Source: Planctomycetota bacterium (lineage in GTDB: Bacteria > Planctomycetota > Planctomycetia > Pirellulales > Lacipirellulaceae). Taken from it: a DNA stretch of 64,000 nucleotides. Both the position numbers and the translations under genes were made by a program. The notes beneath the pieces are model-generated. The model searched no databases, was not told the origin of the DNA, and saw nothing but the letters and a program-made list of their open reading frames with translations. Positions 1-8,320 of the stretch are shown one piece after another (the stretch's first letter is position 1; the number at the start of each line of letters is the position of its first letter). Where the stretch lies: the NCBI GenBank assembly GCA_013286045.1, contig JABDGM010000011.1, positions 1,944 through 65,943 of the forward strand, read 5' to 3'.

Positions 1-3000
1 CTGTAGCAGACTAAATGCCCCGGACAGTTGTTTCGCCGTCTTCGCCCGTTTAACCAATTCATCGAGCAGTAGCTTTGCTTCGTCGTCATGACCCGCACTC
101 TTCAATTCGTCGAGCACCATACCCAAGTACATGCTGCCGCCGTACACGCCGTTGACGAGCACGTAATTGCCACCCACCATCACGTACACTTGGCCGTTCG
201 GCCCGTAAGCAACTTGGCTGCCATATGCGCCTGCGACCGCCTCGTCGGAATCTTTATCTTTCTTGTTAACGGCCGAGTAGCATTTCATCACCAGGTCCAA
301 GTCTTCTTTGCTAAGCGGCGTTTTCTTCGCCGTTTGTGCTGTTCGCGTGGTTGGCTGTCCCTCGGTTTTCACGGCGCGCAGTCGTAAAGAGGAAAGGAAG
401 AACTGCTGTTCGTCTTTACCGCCAGAAGTTGCGAGCCGCTTGGCAATTTGGAAGATCGAATCGTTGTGGCTGCGTAGCTGCTCGACGTACATCCAGTCGT
501 ATAGCGTATCGCGGTCGACATTTTTCTCTGCCGCGGCCTTCGCAAGTGGTGCGATGAACGCAGGGCCGGACGTGTCCTCCTTTTCGCTTTTCGCATCCGC
601 CAACGTCTTCGAATGTTCATCCTCATCGAATTTCAACAGCCACGCGTACGCGCCCATGCGCCCCAGGCCAAAGCTCTCCGGTGTCCACACGCGAGGCGGG
701 CCATTTCCCGAGTAGCCGATGTACCGGTCGCTGTCTAATCCGACCGCTTGGCGAACCTGAGCCGTCATGCTTAACATCGAGAACGGCGATTGTCGCTTGG
801 GCATCGTCGTTGCTATGCCACGCAACTTATCTGACTTCGCCTTTTTCTCCGCCTGCTTGAATTTCTCAGCGGCCGCGGTGCCCAATTTGTCGTGCGGGAT
901 CTTGATCGCGAGCAATCGCTGACAGCGGTCCTTCGCCTCTTGTTGCTTTTCGAGTGAAGCCCAAGCGACGATCTCGCGATAGAGCAACTCCCAGTCATCG
1001 CGCTGCTGGCTCAATCGCGGTCCGGTAATCGCGATAACACTTTCGTAGCTCCCCTGCGTGAGCAACGAATCGATGCTCCGCACCAGCCGTGCCGGATCTT
1101 CCTCACGCTGCGTTAGCTTTACGTAGATTTCGCTTGCTTCGTCGCGGTCGCCGCGCGACTGCAATAATCCCGCCAGGCGAAATTCAGTTTCTGGCCCCGG
1201 CGCGATTTGCACGAGGCGGCGTTGATAGTCGACCGCGGCATCGATCTCCGCGCCCTGTTCGCACAGCTTCGACAATTGCTGCAGCAAATTTGTGTCCTGC
1301 GTTTCCTGGCTGAGCAAGCTCTCCAACTCGCGTCGGGCCGTTCCATAATCGCCCGCCGTGTTGTACGCCTGCGCGAGGCAGATCGTCGCCGCCCGGCGCT
1401 TTTCGTCCTCTTTGCGATCTCGTTCGAGTCGTTCGGTCAATTTATCGAACTGGTTCGTTTGCAAATACAATTCGGCCAGCTTCGTCGTCAAACTGGTTTT
1501 GTCATCGATTTCGTCGGTGCGATCGAATGCCCGCCAATAAACTTCGATCGCCTCATCGGCACGAAATTGGTCGGCCAGCGCCGAGCCCAACGCTGTCGTA
1601 AGATGAGGCTCGGCCGGGTTGATGCGAACCGCCTTGCGCAACGCATCGAGCCCTTCCTCCGGTTTACCCAAGCGAAAACATAGTTGCGCGAAGAATTCGT
1701 AGTTGTCGGTGTTTCCCGGGGCGGCCGCGATCAACTCCTTACCTGCGGTGAGAGCTTCGTCGGTTTTTCCCATCTGCGATTCGATTCGCGCCACGCTCAT
1801 CAAGTGATCGCTGCGCGATCGCCGATCCGCCTGAGCGAGTTGGCGATTCATCTCGGCCGCCTTACCAAAATCGCCAGACTGCTCCGCGATGCGTGCCGCC
1901 GCGGCCAACGCAGGAATTGACTTTCCATCCTTCTCAAGCGCGCGGCCGACGGCGTCGTTCGCCTCGCTCCACCGACGGTCCGACTCATAGTAGCGCGCCA
2001 ACGTAATCCATTCCTGCAAGCTGGAGCTACTATTCCCGCCGAGCTCCTTCACAAGCCGATCGATTTCGTCATCCAATCCGCGATTCGATTGGAGCACTTC
2101 GATTCGCGCCTTAATCACCGACTCGCGCTCGTCGTCGTTGCCGGCCAGCTTTTTTGCAGCCGCGACGAATGATAACGCCTCGTCGTATTTCTGCGCCCGG
2201 CCGTGGAAATCGGCCGCTGTAAGTTCCAAACTGAAATCCTTCGGATCCAGTTTGCATGCTTCGGCAATCTCCGCGATAGCCTGATCCGTATAGCCGAAGC
2301 TGTTATAAACCTGAGCCAGGCGAGCCACATTGGCAGCCGTGTGGCGCGGCCCTTCGGCAATTGCACGCCACGTGGCGAGCGCATCATCTTGCCGCTTCAG
2401 CACGTGATAAAACTCACCCAAGTATTCACGATACTGCGGTTCCTCGGGAGCAAGCTCGATCGCTTTCTGATAAAGCACAATCGCTTCATCATTGATATTG
2501 GCTTGGCGAAACAAATCGGCGACTTGCGAAAGCGTCACCGCGTCCTTGGGATGGGCAGCCACCATCTCGCGCCAAATTCGCGTTGCCTCGGCTTTGCGTT
2601 TTTCGAGATCCTGCGACTTATCGCGGAGCACAAGCTTGCCCCACTCGCGCAACATATCTGCGTTGCCCGGATCGACCTTCGCAAGCTCGGTGTACTGGGC
2701 GATCGCCTCAGGAAATTTCTGCTCGTCGACCAACTGCGTGATGAATTCGCGCCGAAGCTCCGTTCGCTTGGGCGCTAGCTTCAGGGCCTTTTCCATCCAT
2801 TGCGTTGCCTCGGGCACGCGCGCCGAGGACGCCAAAAACTTGGCCAACCGGGCCATCGAATCGATGTCCTCAGGATGTTGCCCCGTCCACTTCTCGTAAT
2901 ACTTGACGAGACCATCCTGGTCGCCCGTTCGCAGATACACCTCTTCAACCCGCCGACGAACGTCATGATACAGCCAACTCTCTGGATTCAAATTCGCCAG

Positions 3001-3789
3001 AATGCTCTCAAAATCTTGTAAGCCTTCGTCGCGCCGGTTGAGCTTGATCTTGAGCTCGGCAACCTGAATCTGAAAAGTCACCTTCCGATAGTCGTCGTGG
3101 ACCAGCGTGACGAGCTGTTCGTACCGTGGCAAAGCAATCGCATACTGTCCTTCGTCCACCAGCGTCACCGCAATTTGCTCTTGAACGCGCGGGTCGTTAG
3201 GAAAAAGCGCCTCGAGTCGCTTCCACACGGCGAGCGCTTCTTCGGTGCGCTGCGCACGTTGATGGACGCGCCCCAATTGCTGGAAGATTTCCAGGAGGTC
3301 CGCACGCGGCGGATTGCGTGCGAGCGCTCGCTCAAAAGCGTCGACGGCCTGCTCAGGCTGGCCGATCAATATTAGCGATTGCCCCAAATAGTACGGCGCA
3401 AGCGCATCCTGTGGACGAAATTCTTCCGCTTTGCGATATGCTTCGACTGCATTGCCGTCCTCACCGCGGTGCGATTCGAACAACCCTAGGAGCATCCAGG
3501 CGGCCCCATCGCCGGGCGTTTTCTTCACGCGATCGTGCAGGTCACCAAGGAACTTATCAAGCGTCCCGAACTCAACGTGGTACCCATACACGCGATCCAA
3601 CGCCGTGCCGCGACGTGGGCTCTTCTCCAGCACGCCCATAAATCGCTCAGCAATCTGCGCTTGCTTCGCCTCGTCCTCGGCGACTGTTTCGGCTGGGTCG
3701 TCTTGAGCGATTGCACGCGACGCCGGCCCCAAGCCAAACAACAACCCAATCACCAGCCAGCGACCAAAGAGCATGCGAAACGTCAGCAT
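1..3789 (-). CDS. Secreted TPR-repeat protein (first 1,263 codons; C-terminus lies beyond the left window edge)
   Basis: I translated the minus strand by hand from the ATG at 3789-3787 (MLTFRMLFGRWLVIGLLFGLGPASRAIAQDD...). The frame stays open through position 1. It is absent from the supplied ORF track because no stop codon lies inside the window. The N-terminus looks like a signal peptide. Many TPR-like helical pairs follow (e.g. AWMLLGLFESHRGEDGNAVEAYRKAEEFRPQDALAPYYLGQSLILIGQPEQAVDAFERALARNP). The listed ORFs within 88-3750 are off-frame or antisense shadows. Confidence 0.8.
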   Translation of the reverse strand, partial: MLTFRMLFGRWLVIGLLFGLGPASRAIAQDDPAETVAEDEAKQAQIAERFMGVLEKSPRRGTALDRVYGYHVEFGTLDKFLGDLHDRVKKTPGDGAAWMLLGLFESHRGEDGNAVEAYRKAEEFRPQDALAPYYLGQSLILIGQPEQAVDAFERALARNPPRADLLEIFQQLGRVHQRAQRTEEALAVWKRLEALFPNDPRVQEQIAVTLVDEGQYAIALPRYEQLVTLVHDDYRKVTFQIQVAELKIKLNRRDEGLQDFESILANLNPESWLYHDVRRRVEEVYLRTGDQDGLVKYYEKWTGQHPEDIDSMARLAKFLASSARVPEATQWMEKALKLAPKRTELRREFITQLVDEQKFPEAIAQYTELAKVDPGNADMLREWGKLVLRDKSQDLEKRKAEATRIWREMVAAHPKDAVTLSQVADLFRQANINDEAIVLYQKAIELAPEEPQYREYLGEFYHVLKRQDDALATWRAIAEGPRHTAANVARLAQVYNSFGYTDQAIAEIAEACKLDPKDFSLELTAADFHGRAQKYDEALSFVAAAKKLAGNDDERESVIKARIEVLQSNRGLDDEIDRLVKELGGNSSSSLQEWITLARYYESDRRWSEANDAVGRALEKDGKSIPALAAAARIAEQSGDFGKAAEMNRQLAQADRRSRSDHLMSVARIESQMGKTDEALTAGKELIAAAPGNTDNYEFFAQLCFRLGKPEEGLDALRKAVRINPAEPHLTTALGSALADQFRADEAIEVYWRAFDRTDEIDDKTSLTTKLAELYLQTNQFDKLTERLERDRKEDEKRRAATICLAQAYNTAGDYGTARRELESLLSQETQDTNLLQQLSKLCEQGAEIDAAVDYQRRLVQIAPGPETEFRLAGLLQSRGDRDEASEIYVKLTQREEDPARLVRSIDSLLTQGSYESVIAITGPRLSQQRDDWELLYREIVAWASLEKQQEAKDRCQRLLAIKIPHDKLGTAAAEKFKQAEKKAKSDKLRGIATTMPKRQSPFSMLSMTAQVRQAVGLDSDRYIGYSGNGPPRVWTPESFGLGRMGAYAWLLKFDEDEHSKTLADAKSEKEDTSGPAFIAPLAKAAAEKNVDRDTLYDWMYVEQLRSHNDSIFQIAKRLATSGGKDEQQFFLSSLRLRAVKTEGQPTTRTAQTAKKTPLSKEDLDLVMKCYSAVNKKDKDSDEAVAGAYGSQVAYGPNGQVYVMVGGNYVLVNGVYGGSMYLGMVLDELKSAGHDDEAKLLLDELVKRAKTAKQLSGAFSLLQ

Positions 3790-4269
3790 GGGAACCTCTG
3801 CCAAGATCGGATGAGGAATAATTTCGGCCAGACCGCAAGACTTAAGCTAAATAGCGGCCAGCAGGCTAATTGTAAGCGTATCAATCGCCTCCATCGGCAC
3901 CATTGTTCTTGTCCGCAACGTAAAGCCAGAGTGGTCCAAATCGATTGTTACTGCAAACGTAGGAGAAGTATCCGGTATCCGACGTCTGCATTTCGCAGAT
4001 CGATTAGCAAAAGAGTTTGCTAATTGAGTTCCCGTTCCGGCCGCTGCAGAAAAATAGCCATGGTGCAGCAACCATTCACCAATAACTCATTTTCACTACA
4101 GAAGGTAGACTTTAGGTCGCGGATTTCCTAAGATTTTTGAATTGTTGCGATGCTGGCAATTGATGCGCCTGCACATGGACTTTTGTGAAGATAGTTCGCG
4201 TACGACGTAAAACAAGACTACGAAATCTTGCGTCTCGGCAGTTTGCACCTTTAATTCGGCGGAGACTCC

Positions 4270-5280
4270 ATGAGTGTAAATGACGAAACGCAACGTCAGC
4301 TAGACGCATTTCGGCAGGACTTTGTTCGACTCCGCGACGAGGTTTCGAAAGTCATCGTCGGCCAGCGAGAGATTTTAGACGACACGCTGATATCTCTCAT
4401 CGCGGGTGGCCATGTTTTATTGGAAGGCGTTCCTGGCCTTGGCAAGACGTTGCTGGTGCGCACGCTCGCCGATGCGCTCCACCTGATGTTTCGTCGCATT
4501 CAATTCACGCCAGATCTTATGCCCGCCGACGTTATCGGCACCAACGTCGTCGTCGAAACGCCGGACGGCCGGAAGGCGTTTGAATTCCAACGAGGCCCTG
4601 TGTTTGCCAATGTTTTGTTGGCTGATGAAATCAATCGCGCAACGCCGAAAACCCAATCGGCATTGCTCGAAGCAATGCAAGAACATTCAGTCACCGTCGC
4701 TGGCCAAACGCATAAGTTGAGCGAGCCGTTCTTTGTGCTCGCAACGCAGAACCCGCTCGAAATGGAGGGCACCTACCCATTGCCCGAAGCGCAGCTCGAC
4801 CGATTCTTTTGTAAGCTGCTTGTAAAATATCCAGAAGCGAACGACCTCGAAACAATTCTCGATCGCACGACCGAGGCCATCGATCCGAAAGCGTCGCCAG
4901 TGTTGACCGGCGAGCGCGTACTAGAGATGTCCTCCGTGGCTCGGCAAATCCCGATCGCGCCGGAAGTACGTCGCTACGGTATCGGCATCGTGCTTGCGAC
5001 GCATCCTGAACAGGCGCTCGCAACTTCACTCACAAAAAAGTATGTCCGCTACGGCGCTAGTCCGCGCGGACTGCAATCGATCATCCTTGGCGCGAAAATA
5101 AAAGCCATTCTCGACAACCGTTACCACGTGGCTCGCGCCGATATTCGCTCCATGGCGATGCCGGTGCTTCGCCATCGGATCATACTGAACTTCGAAGGCC
5201 AGGCAGAAGGTGTTAGCGCCGATACTGTGATTCAGCACATCATGAAAGAGCTCCCGGAGGATTCCTTGGCAGCCGCTTGA
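4270..5280 (+). CDS. MoxR-family AAA+ ATPase
   Basis: Walker A LLEGVPGLGKTLL, Walker B/AAA_3-type LLADEINRATPKTQSALLEAMQEHSVTV, and a C-terminal lid (YGASPRGLQSIILGAKIKAIL). It is the first gene of a MoxR-DUF58-vWA operon. Confidence 0.92.
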   Translation: MSVNDETQRQLDAFRQDFVRLRDEVSKVIVGQREILDDTLISLIAGGHVLLEGVPGLGKTLLVRTLADALHLMFRRIQFTPDLMPADVIGTNVVVETPDGRKAFEFQRGPVFANVLLADEINRATPKTQSALLEAMQEHSVTVAGQTHKLSEPFFVLATQNPLEMEGTYPLPEAQLDRFFCKLLVKYPEANDLETILDRTTEAIDPKASPVLTGERVLEMSSVARQIPIAPEVRRYGIGIVLATHPEQALATSLTKKYVRYGASPRGLQSIILGAKIKAILDNRYHVARADIRSMAMPVLRHRIILNFEGQAEGVSADTVIQHIMKELPEDSLAAA

Positions 5281-5354
5281 TCGACCGCGCTGTCGCCATA
5301 AACCCTTGATCGGGCGTCGTCGTTTGAACGTAGTGCTCCGCGGTTGCCTATCCC

Positions 5355-6230
5355 ATGCTGTTTCCTCCCGACTTCCTGACACGCGTCGAATATCTTTCGA
5401 TCATGTCGAAGCGTGTCTTTCGCGGTCGGCTTCTCGCACAGCGTCGAACGTTGCAAATGGGCGCCGGCATCGAGTTCAGCGACCATCGCGAATACACGCC
5501 GGGCGACGACTTCCGTTATCTCGATTGGAACGTCTACGCACGGCACGGCGACCTTCTTCTAAAGCGATTCGAAGAGGAAGAAGATCTACACGTCTACCTC
5601 ATGCTCGATTGCTCGCGCAGCATGAGTTTTGGCAACCCACCAAAGTTCGATTTGGCGCGGCAACTGGTCGCCGCACTGGCCTATATCGCGCTTTCCGATC
5701 TCGATCGGATTGCTGTGTTTGCTTTTGCCAAAGGTACTGTGGCTGAGTTTCCCATGAGCCGTGGTAAGGCTCGAATCTTACCGCTAATGCGTTTTCTTGA
5801 AGACTTGCCCAACGTTGGGAGCGAAACCGATCTCGCCACGTCTGTTCGCCAGATGCTGCAGCGCAGCAGTCGCAACGGTCTCGCCGTGGTCGTCAGCGAT
5901 CTATTCGATGAACATGGCTTCCAGAACGGGCTCGATCAGCTTCGCTTTCGCCGCTTCGACGCCCACGTCATTCAAATTCACGATCCGCAAGAAGCCCAAC
6001 CCGAGCTGCTGGGCGACGTCGCATTAATTGACATGGAAACCGGGGGCGAACGCAAAGTCACGGTGACCGAGAAGAACCTTCGCATGTATAAGCAGCTGTT
6101 CAATAACCATCAGGTTGCGGTTCGCGATTATTGCCGCAACTACCAATATGGGTGCGTGCAGCACGCATCCATCGATCGCTTCGACGACATCATTCTCCGC
6201 ATGATGCGCGAATCGGGCCAAAGCGCTTAA
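5355..6230 (+). CDS. DUF58 domain protein (MoxR-associated, vWA-like)
   Basis: Characteristic DUF58 motif SDHREYTPGDDFRYLDWNVYARHGDLLLKRFEEEEDL, followed by VYLMLDCSRSM and VVVSDLF. It lies directly downstream of MoxR. Confidence 0.88.
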   Translation: MLFPPDFLTRVEYLSIMSKRVFRGRLLAQRRTLQMGAGIEFSDHREYTPGDDFRYLDWNVYARHGDLLLKRFEEEEDLHVYLMLDCSRSMSFGNPPKFDLARQLVAALAYIALSDLDRIAVFAFAKGTVAEFPMSRGKARILPLMRFLEDLPNVGSETDLATSVRQMLQRSSRNGLAVVVSDLFDEHGFQNGLDQLRFRRFDAHVIQIHDPQEAQPELLGDVALIDMETGGERKVTVTEKNLRMYKQLFNNHQVAVRDYCRNYQYGCVQHASIDRFDDIILRMMRESGQSA

Positions 6231-6251
6231 AGCCGAACGACAAACCACCTC

Positions 6252-8300
6252 ATGAGTTTTCTGCTCCCCAGTGCGTTCTGGCTTGCCGCTTGTGCGGTTC
6301 CGATCGTCGTTTTCTATATCCTGAAAGTTCGGCTACGTCGGCAACCCGTGTCGACGAACCTCTTCTGGCGACAAATCTACGAAGAAAAGCCACCGCGTTC
6401 GATCTGGCAGTATTTGCGACACCTGCTCTCTCTGCTCGCCCAGTTGGCCCTTCTTGCGCTTTTGGTGTTGGCAATCGCCGATCCGTACTTGCCCTGGGAG
6501 TTATTGCAGGCTCGGCGAATTGTTGTCGTCATCGATCGTTCGGCGAGCATGCAAGCCGACGACATCCCCTCCACACGCTTCGCAGCCGCAATCGACGCCG
6601 CCGTAGCCCAAGTCGATCGCCTGCGGTTTCGCGATGAACTCGCAATAATCGCCGCCGGCCCCGAGCCGGAGGTCGTCGCCGGCATGAGCGGCCACGTGCC
6701 AACTTTGAAGCGAGTGCTTCGTGGTCTCACTGTTTCCGATAGTCCCACGAATCTCGCCGCTGCAATCGATCTTGCGAAACAACTGGTAGGCAAACATCCG
6801 CACGGCCAAGTGCTCGTATTCACTGATGGCTGCGTCGACGCGCCTGCAGAACCGAAAATCGCCCAAACCGCTGCCAATTCGAACGCCCCCACCGACGAGC
6901 CGACCGTTTGCTATTTGACCTTCGGCACACGCGCGAGCAATGTTGGCATCACGCAGCTACAAGTTCGGCGCAGCCTCGTCGACCCACTAGGTTACGAGAC
7001 GCTTGTTTCCATCTTCAACGCGTCAGATCGTGATGTTCAGTGCCGGCTCGAGCTTACACTTGAAGACCTTCCCGTAGACGTCCTTCCGCTCAAGCTAAAG
7101 CCCAACGAAAAATGGCAACGCTCGCTGCAGAAAACTTCTGTCGAAGGCGGCATACTCACCGCCAAACTCACGCAAGTCACAGCATCACAATCGTCTTCCC
7201 CGACGACGGACGGAACCGAATCAAAGCAAGATGACCAAAACTCGCCATCACCCAACGTGCTAGCCATTGATGACATGGCATCAGCGATCCTGGCGCCCCG
7301 TGAGCCCCAGCGTGTATTGCTCGTCACCGAAGGCAATCTGTTCTTGCAAAAGGTCTTTCAAGCCAATCCTTTGGTGAAGTGCGAAGTTGTGAAAGAGATA
7401 CCTAAAGAGTGGCCGCAAGACGCAATCGTCGTATTGCATCGCCAAGTCCCGGCCGAGTTGCCGCCAGGTAACGTGATCGTCGTCGAGCCCGCCGCCGCGT
7501 GCAACGCATGGGACTTGGGTGACACAATAGAAAATCCAATTGTTACGCAACAACAAAACGATTCGCCCCTGATGGCCCACGTGCGCCTCGACAATGTCCT
7601 CATGCCGGCTGCAAAACGGCTTGCGTTTAAATTCTCGCCCGATGTACTCGTTGCAACAGTCACCGGCGATCCGATCTACGCTTCGATCAAACGCGATGGC
7701 GGAAAGTGCCTGGTGCTCAGCGTCGATTTAGACCGCAGCGACCTCACGTTCCGCACGGCGTTTCCGATTTTAATGACCAACGCCCTGAACTGGTTTCGCG
7801 GCGGTACCGGCGAACTGCAGAGCGCACTGTCGACAGGCAGTGTCGCAAGCATCCCGATCGATCAAGTCAAAAGCGCCGGCGCTGACAAATTGATGCTGAT
7901 TGCGCCTGACCATGCAGAATCCGAAATCGCTCGACCTCAATTACCTTCGACGGAAGTCAAACCAGACGCCGCCATACCCACTGCCGCAGAATCCAAGTCG
8001 CCGCGACCCGCGCCGTCTGCCGCCAACGTGTCGCTTGGCCCGTTCAATCAATGCGGCGTTTGGACTCTAGTCTCGCGCGAGTCACCCGAACATGAAACGA
8101 CCGCCGCTCGATTCGTCGTTAACCTGGCGAACGAGCGCGAAAGCGATCTCCGCCCCAATGACACGTTGACTGCGGGGGCGCCAGTTGCCGCGCTCGCCGC
8201 GGGTTGGTTCGCTCGACCATTATGGTACTACCTGGCCAGCATCGCTTGCTTGCTCGCAATCGTCGAGTGGTTACTGCACCAACGCCGAGTCATCACCTAA
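6252..8300 (+). CDS. BatA-type N-terminal transmembrane / vWA domain protein
   Basis: N-terminal aerotolerance-regulator-type membrane segment (FLLPSAFWLAACAVPIVVFYILKVRLRRQPVSTNLFW). MIDAS-like VVVIDRSASMQADD. C-terminal TM helix (LWYYLASIACLLAIVEWLL). Confidence 0.8.
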   Translation: MSFLLPSAFWLAACAVPIVVFYILKVRLRRQPVSTNLFWRQIYEEKPPRSIWQYLRHLLSLLAQLALLALLVLAIADPYLPWELLQARRIVVVIDRSASMQADDIPSTRFAAAIDAAVAQVDRLRFRDELAIIAAGPEPEVVAGMSGHVPTLKRVLRGLTVSDSPTNLAAAIDLAKQLVGKHPHGQVLVFTDGCVDAPAEPKIAQTAANSNAPTDEPTVCYLTFGTRASNVGITQLQVRRSLVDPLGYETLVSIFNASDRDVQCRLELTLEDLPVDVLPLKLKPNEKWQRSLQKTSVEGGILTAKLTQVTASQSSSPTTDGTESKQDDQNSPSPNVLAIDDMASAILAPREPQRVLLVTEGNLFLQKVFQANPLVKCEVVKEIPKEWPQDAIVVLHRQVPAELPPGNVIVVEPAAACNAWDLGDTIENPIVTQQQNDSPLMAHVRLDNVLMPAAKRLAFKFSPDVLVATVTGDPIYASIKRDGGKCLVLSVDLDRSDLTFRTAFPILMTNALNWFRGGTGELQSALSTGSVASIPIDQVKSAGADKLMLIAPDHAESEIARPQLPSTEVKPDAAIPTAAESKSPRPAPSAANVSLGPFNQCGVWTLVSRESPEHETTAARFVVNLANERESDLRPNDTLTAGAPVAALAAGWFARPLWYYLASIACLLAIVEWLLHQRRVIT

Positions 8301-8320
8301 AGCCGTGAGTATCGCCAGCA

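Noticed and set aside
88-3749. Numerous listed ORFs (e.g. 1207..1683 at 158 aa, 2203..2778 at 191 aa, 2492..2899, 3535..4023).
   Set aside because: All overlap the continuous minus-strand TPR frame (3789..1). Their translations are Arg/Ser/Cys-rich with no motifs and alternative starts. I treat them as shadow ORFs.
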